From a virus, in the IMG/VR virus record IMGVR_UViG_3300027573_000023, positions 31,325 to 95,324 of that record: 64,000 bases of DNA. One strand, given 5' to 3'. Both the position numbers and the translations under genes were made by a program. This document shows, in pieces, positions 27,272-37,757 of the stretch. Positions within the stretch are counted from its first letter, which is position 1. Each line of letters begins with the position of its first letter. The notes under the pieces are model-generated. The model did not search any database, was not told where the DNA came from, and worked only from the letters and a program-made list of their open reading frames with translations.

Positions 27272-28329
27272 CTTATAAAAAATGATTTATCAATCACAGA
27301 AGCATAATCTGTATCTGTAATATCCTTTTTCTTAGGAAGCTCCTTGAACATCCCAATTTCACCATGAAATGCCAATCCTATTCTAATATCATCACTACCA
27401 TAACTATTTTTTATTATCCTTAAGCTCCTAAAGAACTTGGATCCTGTGCTATCCACAAGCTTGGCAGTATCATATCCAGATGGGTCTGGCACCTTATATC
27501 TCACTGGGTCAAAGAGTGCCATAACTACATCAGCATCATTCTGCGTTTGTGAGCTATCAGCAAAATCTTCCAGTTGAGGTTCAACATCTCCATTCTTAAT
27601 TCTATTAATATTGGAGATGTCTCTATTAAATTGACTCACAACCACTGGGCTAAACCCATAGAAATCCCTGGCATATCTAAGCTCATCAGACATCTTGTCT
27701 ATACGATCTTTTTTATTTGGAAAATCCTTGGTTGCTTTCAACAAACCAATATGGTCAACAACAATCAGAGTGATAGTATTCTCATCATCAGGTACATACC
27801 TTTTGTTGTACTGATCAATCTGTTCTATGTGACCATTCTCTAAAGCATATTCTTTGATATCCTTGGCAATACCTATTGGGTTTTCTGAACCATCAATAAT
27901 AGTAACAATCTCTTCTACTTGTTTGATATAATCTTCATAAGAAAGGAACAATTCATATTCCTCAGGACTCATTCTATCGTTCCAGCCCAAAAGCTTTGCT
28001 ACAGGTATACTATATCCTGTGTCAAGAAATATCTTTCTTGCCACCCATTTAGCTAACTTGTACGTTCTGCTTCTTTCCATTGAACGATAAATGATTTTGA
28101 GTTTTATGTTTGATTTACCTTTCTGTGAAATATACCAATCAACAGGGTTGAGTATGAATGCATCATCCACAAAGGAAGTCTTTCCTGAACCAGTCAGACC
28201 TCCAATGAGATAATACATGCTTTTTCTTATTCCTATATAATGATTGAGTCTGTTGAAACCCATTGGTATCCCACCATTTCTACCTTCTATGCCTTTTATT
28301 ACTTCAGTCTTTAAGTCTTGAAAACTCAT
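27268..28329 (-). CDS. DnaB-like replicative helicase
   Basis: GLTGSGKT, SME, VDHIGL, SQFNR, DFADS...DADVV. Confidence 0.9.
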   Translation of the reverse strand: MSFQDLKTEVIKGIEGRNGGIPMGFNRLNHYIGIRKSMYYLIGGLTGSGKTSFVDDAFILNPVDWYISQKGKSNIKLKIIYRSMERSRTYKLAKWVARKIFLDTGYSIPVAKLLGWNDRMSPEEYELFLSYEDYIKQVEEIVTIIDGSENPIGIAKDIKEYALENGHIEQIDQYNKRYVPDDENTITLIVVDHIGLLKATKDFPNKKDRIDKMSDELRYARDFYGFSPVVVSQFNRDISNINRIKNGDVEPQLEDFADSSQTQNDADVVMALFDPVRYKVPDPSGYDTAKLVDSTGSKFFRSLRIIKNSYGSDDIRIGLAFHGEIGMFKELPKKKDITDTDYASVIDKSFFIR

Positions 28330-28946
28330 ATATCTGTTCCCCCTCCTGATGCACTGCTTGTATAAGGTACACCTTTTTCTATCATATCTATGAAAGGCAC
28401 ATAATGCCCATCATTTATGAATGTATAACTGTTCTGAAGATATGTGAGCTCATTGGATTTCTTCCTTAAAGAAGATTCCTTTTTAAGAGTCACAACATAG
28501 TTTAATGCGTCAATCAATTGTCTTGCAGTATATACTCCTTCATTTAGAATAGCATTGAATTTCAATTTACACTTTTCTTTTTGAACTCGCATTCCCCTGC
28601 TTCCTGTAAAGACTCTTCCTTTATACTCAAAGTGGTCTGTACCTGGGAAAGATTCCCACCATTCATCAAAGTCTTTAGTGGAAAGTTTCTTTCTCACCAT
28701 AGGAACAGCAATCTTGCTTGCCATGAACTCTAACAACTCATTCCCGGGAATTGTTATCTTGTTCTCATCAGTAAGCAAACCTTTTCTAACCAAGCTCTGA
28801 TGCATAGCGTCAAGCTTCATGTTGTCTGTAATAAAGAGGTTTATATCGTGGCCCTCTTTAACAAGCATCAGTAGGAATACATGGTCAAGGTTGTAACCTT
28901 TTTTTACCAATTCCAGAAAATGCTCTTTTGTTAGTTTTATTTGCAT
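28326..28946 (-). CDS. Putative replication initiator/loader-like protein
   Basis: wHTH-like N-terminus and FDEWWESFP motif; directly upstream of the helicase. Confidence 0.45.
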   Translation of the reverse strand: MQIKLTKEHFLELVKKGYNLDHVFLLMLVKEGHDINLFITDNMKLDAMHQSLVRKGLLTDENKITIPGNELLEFMASKIAVPMVRKKLSTKDFDEWWESFPGTDHFEYKGRVFTGSRGMRVQKEKCKLKFNAILNEGVYTARQLIDALNYVVTLKKESSLRKKSNELTYLQNSYTFINDGHYVPFIDMIEKGVPYTSSASGGGTDI

Positions 28947-29674
28947 TTTTTTTAGTTTTAACTATTATTTTAGCTGGCTGTCTTTCCTCTTCATAACGAG
29001 GGTCTAACATACTCATAAGATGTCTGTCTGATTCCAGCTCCCAATCAAATAGATCTACAAAGTTAATCGAATATTTGTCCATAATTATCCTTTTATTCTT
29101 AATCCAAATGACAAATTAAACCATTCAAAAGTATGTTCAGCTTTTTTAGTATTGCATTTGAATACTTTTTTTATTAATTTAATAGTATACTTCTTGAACT
29201 CAAGATGTTGAGCAAGTGTCATAGTATTATTAAAATACCATTCTTCGTCGTCCAATGTATCTAGCATTGTCTTACCTACCATTTCTAACTCCTTCTCTAT
29301 TAAGTGACGAGTTATAGTTTCTCTATTGATCTTAACTGGTTCCATATATATCCAATTTGTTTATACCAGGGTTTACTTACTTGAATCATCTTTTGAATGA
29401 ATAGTTTTCTTTGTTTCCATTCTCCTCTAGGCCACCAATACATTGAGTCTTCCTCATCACCTAAATAATCCTTATCTGCAATGAATTCAATATGTCTCCA
29501 TTGTGTAGGTTTGTTTTTAGATAGGTGTTTTCTCAAGGCTAATTCTTCCTTAAAAGTTATGATATCATCATCATACATCTCTTGAAATAAATGACAGAAA
29601 CCATAATATTTCCCATCAGGAACATCTTGTATATATTCATATACAATTTTGTAAAGTTCAGTTAATTTTCTCAT
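28885..29674 (-). CDS. Three small hypothetical proteins (28885..29082, 29085..29345, 29312..29674)
   Basis: Tightly packed ORFs on the coding strand. Confidence 0.55.
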
Positions 29675-29678
29675 AGCG

Positions 29679-31682
29679 TTATTTAGCTTCTCCCCAACTG
29701 TTTCCTATGTTGGCATCAGCTTTAATTGTTAAGTTAGTTAAATAGTGATTTCCTGCTTGTAGCATTGCTACTTCTACTGCATTTCTAGCTTGTTCTTCAA
29801 AACCTTCTATAACTTCAACGACTAATTCATCATGAACAGAATTACAAATTTTTACTATCCATTGAAGTTCGTTATCAACAATCCATTCAAATAATAGTGC
29901 TCCTGCCAACTTAATTTGGTGGGCGCCCCTAGTTTGAACTGGATTGTTGAGGCAGAGTCTGAGGTATTCTGAGCGCAGTTTGAAGTACTTAGAGACGAAT
30001 TTCTTCTTTTCCTTGTAAAGTTCAACGCTTGCTGGAAATTGTAACTCATATTTGTTACCCTTCTCTTTCTCCTCCTGTAGTTTTTTATAATCATTTTTGC
30101 CAATTTTATACTTAGTCCACTCATCCCTTGTGATTGCATCTGTTTTTGCTTTAGCGTCTAAAAATTCATCATAATAAGGAAGCTTAAGCCTCCAACCATC
30201 AACTGACTCAATATAGCCAACTTTAATAGCTTTGTTCAGTACTTTTTCTCCCCAGGTATACATACCTGCATGTAAATTCTTGAAAGCATCTTCAATTTCT
30301 TGTGCTCTCTTCATAGGAATACCCTCTTTCTGGTGTATGGTAAAAGCATTACCTCCATATTGGAAGGCAAATCTTGGTGATTTAGCAGCCTGTCTTTTAT
30401 CCTTATACTCTTTCTTGATGGTTTCATCATCAAAATTTTCAAGTTCAGGAAATAACACTCTTGCAAAAGCACAATGCAAATCACTGTCTTCTGTAACAGC
30501 CAGAGTCATAGCTTCATCTCCTGATAAATCAGCAGCAATAACAGTTTCCTGTCCACTATAATCACAAACTATCATTACGTGGCCTGGGTTGGCCACAAAG
30601 CAATCTCTTGTTTCATGGTCCTTAGGAAAATTTAGAAAATTTATGTGTCCCTGTCTGGTAGATAGTCTTGCTGTATCAACCATTGGGTTGAAATTGGTAT
30701 AAATACGCTCATCTTCAATCTTCTGATATACACCATCTCCAAATGTAGTGACACGATGTGTAGCATTTTGATATTTAAGCCACATTTCTACAAATTCATG
30801 TTTTGATTTGCTTATAACATCAGCATTAATACTGTCCTTATCATACTTATCCTTGGTAGGAATACCAAAAGCATTGAATACTTTCAGCATTTGCTTTGGA
30901 GAAGTAACCTCAACAGTAATTCTCTTGATATCATCAAACATATCATACTGTCTATTGGCAAATTGTGGAAGATTATCATAAATATAGTCCTCAATTGTTC
31001 TTTTCCATTCAAAAGAATCAATTATATCCTGATTCATTTTGGCTTTCCAATGTTTGCTTGAGATAGGAAGACCACACTGCTCCATGTAGGCCAACGCTTT
31101 CACATATCTGCAATGTAGCATATAGGTAGCAGTCTGACCATTCTCTCTGATTTTCTGATACATAGCCTCTTCTAATTCAAGAAGTCTGTCTACATCATTG
31201 AATGAATAATCTATTGTGCTCTGTTGTGAAAGTTTTACTATATGAATATTCTTTTGCTCTGTCTTATCGTAAACAACTCCAAGCTCTCTAAACATTACAG
31301 CACCAAAATCATGTCTGATTGCAAGTTCTCCATTATACAGTATTTTACTTGCAAGCATTGTATCTCTTACCTCTACAGGCCAGAAATCATACTTATAAAA
31401 GAAACCTAAATCAAATTGAATATTGTGTCCTACTAAGACTTTACCTTGTATATATGGTATAAGATCTTCAAAATAATAATTGTTATCATACATTACTATG
31501 ATATAGTTATTCTCTCCTGTTCCTATTTGCACACAAAATATTTCATTGTGTCTTGCTGTCAATCCTGTAGTTTCAGTATCTATTGCAATCTTGTTTGGAA
31601 GTATCATATCCTCAAGATTGCAATAGTTGTACTCTCCTATTTTATCAAAGAACTCAGGATGTTTTGTTATTATATAATTCAT
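29679..31682 (-). CDS. polA: DNA polymerase family A with 3'-5' exonuclease
   Basis: DTETTG, HN..FD, TARLS, DYSGQE, R..AK...F...YG, NNPVQ, VHDE. Confidence 0.95.
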   Translation of the reverse strand: MNYIITKHPEFFDKIGEYNYCNLEDMILPNKIAIDTETTGLTARHNEIFCVQIGTGENNYIIVMYDNNYYFEDLIPYIQGKVLVGHNIQFDLGFFYKYDFWPVEVRDTMLASKILYNGELAIRHDFGAVMFRELGVVYDKTEQKNIHIVKLSQQSTIDYSFNDVDRLLELEEAMYQKIRENGQTATYMLHCRYVKALAYMEQCGLPISSKHWKAKMNQDIIDSFEWKRTIEDYIYDNLPQFANRQYDMFDDIKRITVEVTSPKQMLKVFNAFGIPTKDKYDKDSINADVISKSKHEFVEMWLKYQNATHRVTTFGDGVYQKIEDERIYTNFNPMVDTARLSTRQGHINFLNFPKDHETRDCFVANPGHVMIVCDYSGQETVIAADLSGDEAMTLAVTEDSDLHCAFARVLFPELENFDDETIKKEYKDKRQAAKSPRFAFQYGGNAFTIHQKEGIPMKRAQEIEDAFKNLHAGMYTWGEKVLNKAIKVGYIESVDGWRLKLPYYDEFLDAKAKTDAITRDEWTKYKIGKNDYKKLQEEKEKGNKYELQFPASVELYKEKKKFVSKYFKLRSEYLRLCLNNPVQTRGAHQIKLAGALLFEWIVDNELQWIVKICNSVHDELVVEVIEGFEEQARNAVEVAMLQAGNHYLTNLTIKADANIGNSWGEAK

Positions 31683-32122
31683 TCTTCATCTTCTAGTGTT
31701 TCACTATCCTCAGACAGGAAGGAAAGGATTACCTTGCCTTCAAATAAAATGACATCTCCTGTATCATCACATTCAACATCCATAAATCCATCATCCTTGT
31801 TTAGAATATGAGTAATGTCATCATCTGTTATAGGACGTAATTCTGTATCTTCGTTCCCATCATGGAACCAACCAATTTCTTTAGGATCAGCTAAAGTATC
31901 ATCTTCCTCTGAGGAGAGAATATGCACATTTACTGGAGCACCATAGAGTGACATAAACATATCCATATCATCAGGCACCTGACCTAAAGTAAAGAACAAC
32001 CACTCAGGCTCAATAGTACCAACAGTGATTTGAGTTAAGAAATGCATGCCCACCATTAATCTGGCAGGCACATAACTATTAAATACAAATTCTCCTTCTA
32101 CTAAATATCTTTCATCTTCCAT
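31679..32122 (-). CDS. Acidic hypothetical protein
   Basis: 147-aa coupled ORF. Confidence 0.65.
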   Translation of the reverse strand: MEDERYLVEGEFVFNSYVPARLMVGMHFLTQITVGTIEPEWLFFTLGQVPDDMDMFMSLYGAPVNVHILSSEEDDTLADPKEIGWFHDGNEDTELRPITDDDITHILNKDDGFMDVECDDTGDVILFEGKVILSFLSEDSETLEDEE

Positions 32123-32360
32123 CTTTTCTAAAGAAGTCTAATTTACTTATGTCAGGAAAACTGCTTACACTGTTATCAACCACGACAGTTCTAAACTTAA
32201 ACTGATGGTTATACTTTCTTTTAATCTCTGCAGCACGTCTTTTGAAAGTCGTAACAGGTTTAGGATCATAAATATAGCGATCATTTATCGCTTCCTCAGT
32301 TTCAGGCAAGGTACCACCTAATGCCTTAAACCATCTAAAAAATTGTTTAACTCTGTCCAT
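32112..32360 (-). CDS. Hypothetical protein
   Basis: Start placed at MDRV (32360), downstream of a TAACTTTA promoter-like box. Confidence 0.5.
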   Translation of the reverse strand: MDRVKQFFRWFKALGGTLPETEEAINDRYIYDPKPVTTFKRRAAEIKRKYNHQFKFRTVVVDNSVSSFPDISKLDFFRKDGR

Positions 32361-32385
32361 TATCTTGTGTTTTATATACATAAAG

Positions 32386-32559
32386 TTACGAATTTTTGCT
32401 CTTTTTATCAGGCCAATGGTATTCACATTTCTCCTCTTTCTTATCATAAGGAGGTTCTGCAAAGTAACTTTGTCTGAACTGACTTGGAGTTGCTATATAT
32501 CTATAGCAGGTCTCCTTTAGGGGACAATCTGTCCCACTACACATAGTAATATCTGGCAT
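32386..32559 (-). CDS. 57-aa Cys-rich protein (not in ORF track)
   Basis: MPDITMCSGTDCPLKETCYRY...CEYHW; probable metal-binding peptide. Confidence 0.7.
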   Translation of the reverse strand: MPDITMCSGTDCPLKETCYRYIATPSQFRQSYFAEPPYDKKEEKCEYHWPDKKSKNS

Positions 32560-32582
32560 AATTGATTGTTTTTAATTGTTTG

Positions 32583-32659
32583 TAGGGGTAGAAGGACTCG
32601 AACCTCCAATAGAAACCTTTACAGGATGACGTACCACATCGCCATTATACTTTACCCCT
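32583..32659 (-). tRNA. Atypical tRNA-like gene, GTA (Tyr) anticodon, broken anticodon stem
   Basis: 7-bp acceptor AGGGGTA/TACCCCT, D stem and GGAGG-TTCGAGT-CCTTC T arm present; only 3 of 5 anticodon-stem pairs; short variable loop. Confidence 0.6.
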
Positions 32660-32667
32660 TACCAGAA

Positions 32668-33852
32668 TTAACCTTTATTTTTAAGACTTAAGGATAAGTC
32701 CATTTGTGCTTTTGCAGTCATAAGCTGCATGAAATCTATTCCTGCATTATTACCAGATCCTCCTCCTGATTGGAATTGTGGAACTAAACTACCACCATAA
32801 TTACTAAATGCATCTGCCCAATACTTTTGTACTGTCATATATGCTTGCAATTTCTGATCTAATGCACCATCTGCTTCCATTACTAATCTTTTTTTAGTAG
32901 CAATACCTTGACCTTCAAGAATATCTTTTTGTTTTCTTAAATCAGCTGTTTTCACATCTAATTCTGCTACTTTATTACGAGATTCAGCTTCAGTTACAAG
33001 CTTAGCTTTGATAACCTCTTGTTCCCACTTAGCTTTAGCAGCAGCAGCCTCTCCCTGTTTCATGGTAGTGATAGCATCTTGAATAGCTTTTTGAGCATTT
33101 GCCTTAGAAGTTTGTACTGCCATTACCAATTTTTGCTGATCAGAAATTTGTCTTGTAACAGCATCTGAGAAAACAATCTCATTAATTGTGAAATTAGATA
33201 ATGTAACACCATAAACAGCAACATCTGAAGCTTTTATGATTTGAGGTTTACCATCTTTGAGTACAATCTCTGATAATCTTGAGTTTGCATCTGACAAGGT
33301 ATCTTTAGTCTTAACAGCTCTTGTTCTGTAGATACCATTATTCGCCTGGTCTTCTGTATATGTCAATAAAAGAGTTTTCTTTTCAGAAACAGCTTCTTTT
33401 GATGACATTAGTGGACCTGACATGTAAATAGCTTTAGTTACAGCCTGTTTGATAAGCTTAAGCTCAATAGACTCTTGTGTACCATAGTCACTATGCAATT
33501 TTAGCACTTGTTCTTTGTTTGTAGGCATATACCATCTAACAGAACCAGACACTGTGCCTGTACCAAAATCATTAAATCCAATATTGATAGCACCTTTGCC
33601 ACCTTCATCCTCTTTATTAGAGAACCATAATTGGTTACTTCTTTGGTACTTGGTTACTGTACCACCACCCTGCCAGGCCCACCCTGGTGTACTGGTAACT
33701 GACATTGCTCCTGAAACAGGACTTTGTATTACTGCAATCTCTCCTGCAGCAATATCTTCAAAACAATTTGCGGCCAAAATAATACTCAATAGGACTCCCC
33801 CTATAATAAGGCCAAACTTCTTAATAGTTGCGATAATGTTTGTAACTTCCAT
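32668..33852 (-). CDS. SPFH/band-7 membrane protein
   Basis: N-terminal TM, SPFH-like core, AEA-rich coiled coil. Confidence 0.8.
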   Translation of the reverse strand: MEVTNIIATIKKFGLIIGGVLLSIILAANCFEDIAAGEIAVIQSPVSGAMSVTSTPGWAWQGGGTVTKYQRSNQLWFSNKEDEGGKGAINIGFNDFGTGTVSGSVRWYMPTNKEQVLKLHSDYGTQESIELKLIKQAVTKAIYMSGPLMSSKEAVSEKKTLLLTYTEDQANNGIYRTRAVKTKDTLSDANSRLSEIVLKDGKPQIIKASDVAVYGVTLSNFTINEIVFSDAVTRQISDQQKLVMAVQTSKANAQKAIQDAITTMKQGEAAAAKAKWEQEVIKAKLVTEAESRNKVAELDVKTADLRKQKDILEGQGIATKKRLVMEADGALDQKLQAYMTVQKYWADAFSNYGGSLVPQFQSGGGSGNNAGIDFMQLMTAKAQMDLSLSLKNKG

Positions 33853-33858
33853 GCTTAC

Positions 33859-34089
33859 TTAATTTAAAGTGTTATTAATATTATTAATTTGTTCCTTTGT
33901 TTTTTGAGTTTCATCTAAGATGTCTTTTTTCTTCTGAGCTACTTCTTCAGCCTGTTTAGCCAGCTCATCGAGAGCTGTAGCTTTGGCTATTTCTTTTTTA
34001 GCTGTGCGAATATTAAACATTTCGATTAACTTAATTATACCATAAACAACAATGGCTGCAATTGCTGCAATCTCTAAAATTCTCAACAT
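33859..34089 (-). CDS. Small TM plus coiled-coil protein
   Basis: Start placed at MLRI (34089); directly upstream of SPFH. Confidence 0.6.
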   Translation of the reverse strand: MLRILEIAAIAAIVVYGIIKLIEMFNIRTAKKEIAKATALDELAKQAEEVAQKKKDILDETQKTKEQINNINNTLN

Positions 34090-34111
34090 AATGTAAAAAA
34101 TTAAAGCCCTC

Positions 34112-34366
34112 CTAAGAAGGAGGGCCTTGGTTAAAATCTTCAGTATTAATCTTGTCAAAGCACATATCCCTGATGTCATCTAATTGGTCAAGAGAGAATA
34201 AATCATTAATATCTGTGTCTTCCACATATATTGCTTGAATTCTAAACTCAGCACCACACCCTGGATAGCCACTACCATCAGGATAGTACATCACTGCAGG
34301 TTCTTCAGGAGAATAATCTCCCACAACACGCAATTCTATGCCACGATAAGTAATGTGAACAGTCAT
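34112..34366 (-). CDS. Hypothetical protein
   Basis: 84 aa, followed by a hairpin at about 34103-34125. Confidence 0.65.
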   Translation of the reverse strand: MTVHITYRGIELRVVGDYSPEEPAVMYYPDGSGYPGCGAEFRIQAIYVEDTDINDLFSLDQLDDIRDMCFDKINTEDFNQGPPS

Positions 34367-34368
34367 AA

Positions 34369-34665
34369 CTAGAATCTTTCAGCTAATACTTTCTCAGCAT
34401 AAGCTAAACCTCCTTCCAAATCATCCACATACTGAGCAGCTCTCATCTCTTCTTCCACACAATATGGATTGGCTCGTTGAGAGTCACTCAATTTTTGTTT
34501 AGCTTCTGCTAACTCAAAGCGAGTCGTAGCTATGGTCACTTCTAACTTTGATTTGGCTTTTTGAACGTCTAAGTCCAGTTGCTCTGATTTCATCTGATCG
34601 TCTGACTGTGAGATTAGATCTTTGTACTTTAATACTTCCTGTGTTGGATTCTCTTGTTTTTTCAT
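34369..34665 (-). CDS. Coiled-coil hypothetical protein
   Basis: 98 aa, helical. Confidence 0.7.
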   Translation of the reverse strand: MKKQENPTQEVLKYKDLISQSDDQMKSEQLDLDVQKAKSKLEVTIATTRFELAEAKQKLSDSQRANPYCVEEEMRAAQYVDDLEGGLAYAEKVLAERF

Positions 34666-35992
34666 CTTGATTTAAATTTGTAATGTTAATAAATTGATTT
34701 TTGAAATTTGTATGCGTAAGAACGTGTTTATTAAATTGACTTGTGGTTATCTCTGTATAACCTTCTAATTTGAAAAGTTCTGTGTGAGGAATTGCTTTAG
34801 CTGGAGGCCAATGGAAATATCCACCATCAGGTGAAGTACACCAAGTTTCTCTATATTCTCTCCATGCATAACTATTATTATGCATAAAAGCATTAACCAT
34901 TCTGTAGTTATCATCTGTGGTTTTTATACACCATTTTTCAGGAAACACATCTTCTTCTTTGAGCACATGTTTTTTAAATTGCTCAAATGTAATTTCTTTA
35001 TAACCTGGTTCATCTGGTTTTCCATATGTACCATAACAACGTATAGAATGTTGAGGATAAAGTAAGCAATTACCAATATAAGGTTCCCAACTAGGTACAT
35101 ATCCAATATATTCATCCTTTTTGGATTTAAGAAAGTCACTAAGAATATCTCTATTTTCCTTGGTTGTCATTATATACCAATTATCAGGAAGTCGATAACA
35201 TTCATCTGGAGTTAAAGGTCTTTGCTTCAAATGTTCAGGAACTACTGGTACATGTTCTCTTCCACCAGGAAGAAAAGGTTCCAATTGACTGATATGATAT
35301 TCTGGTTGAGAACTACTTTCTAGTACTCCCCAATAAGAGATTGGTCCCCAAGCTACTCCTTTATGTCTGGATCCTACACCAGCTTCACTCCTACTTAGTG
35401 ATCTATTCTTTAAATATGTAATCAAAGCATCGTTAGGCTGCCAACATACTCCTTTAGTGGGAAATACAAAGAGTTGTTTGTGAGCAAGTTTATCCAAATC
35501 TGCTTTAAAAGGTTTCCAACCAACAGGCATAAGCTCAACATCTCCACCAATTACTCTATTGTTAACACCAGTTAGATTTAAAGTATGAGCATGTTCAACC
35601 TCATGACAAACACTACCTTTAGTAGGATTTTCTAAAATCTTTAAATAGTCTCCTACTTTATAGCATCTAGTATTTCCTCCTAAATTATGTCTGAGTACTT
35701 TAATATATCTACCAACTAAACCTGTTATACTATAAGTAATAATCTTTGCCCAATTGTTTTTACTGCGATCATATATCATTCCTGACCAAGTCTGACCTTT
35801 AGCATCTCTGAAGTTTGAGTTATGATTATGTTTAAATGTTACATCACCCATAGTATTCACAGTTATTTCAACACCTTCAGGAATAATTACTTCTGGACAC
35901 GCATCTTCTTTTACTAAATGAGCAGGCTTAATAACAGTAACATTAAGATAGCCTCTATCTATGGCTTCTTGTATAAGTTCTTCATTAGACAT
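34514..35992 (-). CDS. Modular hypothetical protein with an internally duplicated domain
   Basis: Two copies of P..W.I.TT..N...GY.EIT..QF.KHVL. Confidence 0.7.
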   Translation of the reverse strand: MSNEELIQEAIDRGYLNVTVIKPAHLVKEDACPEVIIPEGVEITVNTMGDVTFKHNHNSNFRDAKGQTWSGMIYDRSKNNWAKIITYSITGLVGRYIKVLRHNLGGNTRCYKVGDYLKILENPTKGSVCHEVEHAHTLNLTGVNNRVIGGDVELMPVGWKPFKADLDKLAHKQLFVFPTKGVCWQPNDALITYLKNRSLSRSEAGVGSRHKGVAWGPISYWGVLESSSQPEYHISQLEPFLPGGREHVPVVPEHLKQRPLTPDECYRLPDNWYIMTTKENRDILSDFLKSKKDEYIGYVPSWEPYIGNCLLYPQHSIRCYGTYGKPDEPGYKEITFEQFKKHVLKEEDVFPEKWCIKTTDDNYRMVNAFMHNNSYAWREYRETWCTSPDGGYFHWPPAKAIPHTELFKLEGYTEITTSQFNKHVLTHTNFKNQFINITNLNQDEKTRESNTGSIKVQRSNLTVRRSDEIRATGLRRSKSQIKVRSDHSYDSL

Positions 35993-35997
35993 GATTC

Positions 35998-36553
35998 CTA
36001 GAATTTATTGGTACCAACAAGCTTATATCCAACAACTTTATTGTTTTCAGTAACCTCTTCAACCTTTGCCCATGGGACAAATGTTAATGCTTCTGTTACA
36101 TTAAAAGTACTACCCATACCTTCACTACATGTGTGTACCCTAATTACGACTCCTGTACCCTCAATTTCCATTGCTTGGGTGATGGTTCCAACACCATCTG
36201 AGGAATCTCCTTTACTTTCTATGTTTTTCCAAATACTATCCATTTTGTAATAAATTAATAATTATCCATCTTAAACCTGCACTATGCCAATTATTGCCCT
36301 TTCTTACAAGGATTCTATTGGCCTTAGGAAAGTAATCAATAACACCCCACTTTTCAGTTTGAGTATCTATGACTACTTTAGATCCATTAAAAGGCACAAC
36401 TATACAGCCTTTACGCTCAAGTTGTCCTTGTATATCAAGTTCGTGAAATTTCTCAAACCTGGTTTCTCTTAAAGATTTATTATAAAGACTCATAGCTCTA
36501 AAATCATTTTCCTCCTGTGAGGCCTGTTTTTTTAATTCTTCACTTTTTTTCAT
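35998..36553 (-). CDS. Two hypothetical proteins (35998..36243, 36236..36553)
   Basis: Coupled ORFs. Confidence 0.6.
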
Positions 36554-36866
36554 TGAGTATATCTTTAAATTTCTTAAGAAGTTCTTCTGCTCCCTGATGA
36601 TTAGAAATAGTAGCAGTTTGTCTGATCATTGCTGCCATTAGACCCACTATAGGATTTTCTTCCATCATACGTTTTATCATCGTAGCAATGTGAACTGCAG
36701 TAAGATAAGTACGTTCATCTGATGTAAAATTGTTTCCCACATGATCAAAGAGCGCTCGCCCTTCGTCATGTTCGCCTTTTAGAATGAATAGCATAGTTTC
36801 ACTCATTTTCTCTGACAGAGCATCTGTGTCTACAGAGTCATAACCTTTTTTGTTTTCTTCTGACAT
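36540..36866 (-). CDS. Hypothetical protein
   Basis: Start placed at MSEE (36866) because the longer start overlaps the tRNA. Confidence 0.65.
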   Translation of the reverse strand: MSEENKKGYDSVDTDALSEKMSETMLFILKGEHDEGRALFDHVGNNFTSDERTYLTAVHIATMIKRMMEENPIVGLMAAMIRQTATISNHQGAEELLKKFKDILNEKK

Positions 36867-36892
36867 GATATTTAATTTATTAATTAATACTG

Positions 36893-36966
36893 TGGGGATA
36901 ACAGGAATCGAACCTATGATCTCTTGAGTATCAGTCAAGTGCTCTAACCAACTGAGCTATATCCCC
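36893..36966 (-). tRNA. tRNA-Ile(GAT)
   Basis: Full cloverleaf: GGGGATA acceptor, TAGCTCAGTTGGTTAGAGC D arm, CTTGA-CTGATAC-TCAAG anticodon arm, GGTTCGATTCC T arm; CCA not encoded. Confidence 0.95.
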
Positions 36967-36970
36967 TAAT

Positions 36971-36998
36971 AAAAAAGAGGCAATTTCTTGCCTCTTTT
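36971..36998 (-). terminator. Intrinsic terminator
   Basis: AAAAGAGGCAA-loop-TTGCCTCTTTT. Confidence 0.75.
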
Positions 36999-37090
36999 AT
37001 AATCTCTGATTTATGTAATAGCGCAGAGAACAAGCTGCGTGTTATGTCTTTTAATTTCTACCATTACAAAGGCTCAGTCTTTAAACCTGT

Positions 37091-37699
37091 TTAGAACTGC
37101 CAGCCTACTCTGAATACAGGGCTGATGCTGTGTCCTAATTCAAGGCGTGTAACATTATCACCCCAATCAGGATTAGTGTTTGTTAGAGCTGCTCCCCATC
37201 CTAATTCTGCACCAAGGTACACTTTAGGGATGATATAATAGTCAGCTCCTGTAAACACACTGGCACCAAGACCAAACTTTTTATTCTGCCCTTCATAATC
37301 ATCATTGCTGGTTACATAACCAGCGTTGGCCTCATAGCCCCAGTACGTTGATAAACGTTCAGCTCCTGCTCTGTGGTGTTCTACACCAACTAAAACACCA
37401 ATAGCGAACTCTGTATCAACACCTGACACACCTGAATCCAACATTGAAAGATGGGCACCCCATCTACATGCTTTCTTCTCTGAATGGAATTGTCTTATCC
37501 TTACCCCTACTGTTCCCAGATTACTGTTAACATCAGAGAGGGTAAAAATACCACCTCCTGATAAATCAGGCGTCAAATTGGCCTCAAAAATGGTTGTGCC
37601 TTTAATAGGCTTCGTGAACGTTCCAGCATCAGTACTGATCTGAGCACTAACTGTAGTTAATGCAATTAGTGCAAGAGCACTTAAAATAATTTTTTTCAT
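37091..37699 (-). CDS. Outer-membrane beta-barrel protein (Bacteroidota type)
   Basis: Sec signal peptide ending VSA|Q, alternating beta strands, C-terminal BAM signal FRVGWQF. Confidence 0.85.
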   Translation of the reverse strand: MKKIILSALALIALTTVSAQISTDAGTFTKPIKGTTIFEANLTPDLSGGGIFTLSDVNSNLGTVGVRIRQFHSEKKACRWGAHLSMLDSGVSGVDTEFAIGVLVGVEHHRAGAERLSTYWGYEANAGYVTSNDDYEGQNKKFGLGASVFTGADYYIIPKVYLGAELGWGAALTNTNPDWGDNVTRLELGHSISPVFRVGWQF

Positions 37700-37757
37700 T
37701 TTAAAAAATTTAAGTTAGTAAAAATTTTTCCCTCTTGTGAGGGCACTCAATCAATTG

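Noticed and set aside
36867-36938. N-terminal extension of ORF 36540..36938
   Set aside because: Overlaps the canonical tRNA-Ile; the start at 36866 is more plausible.
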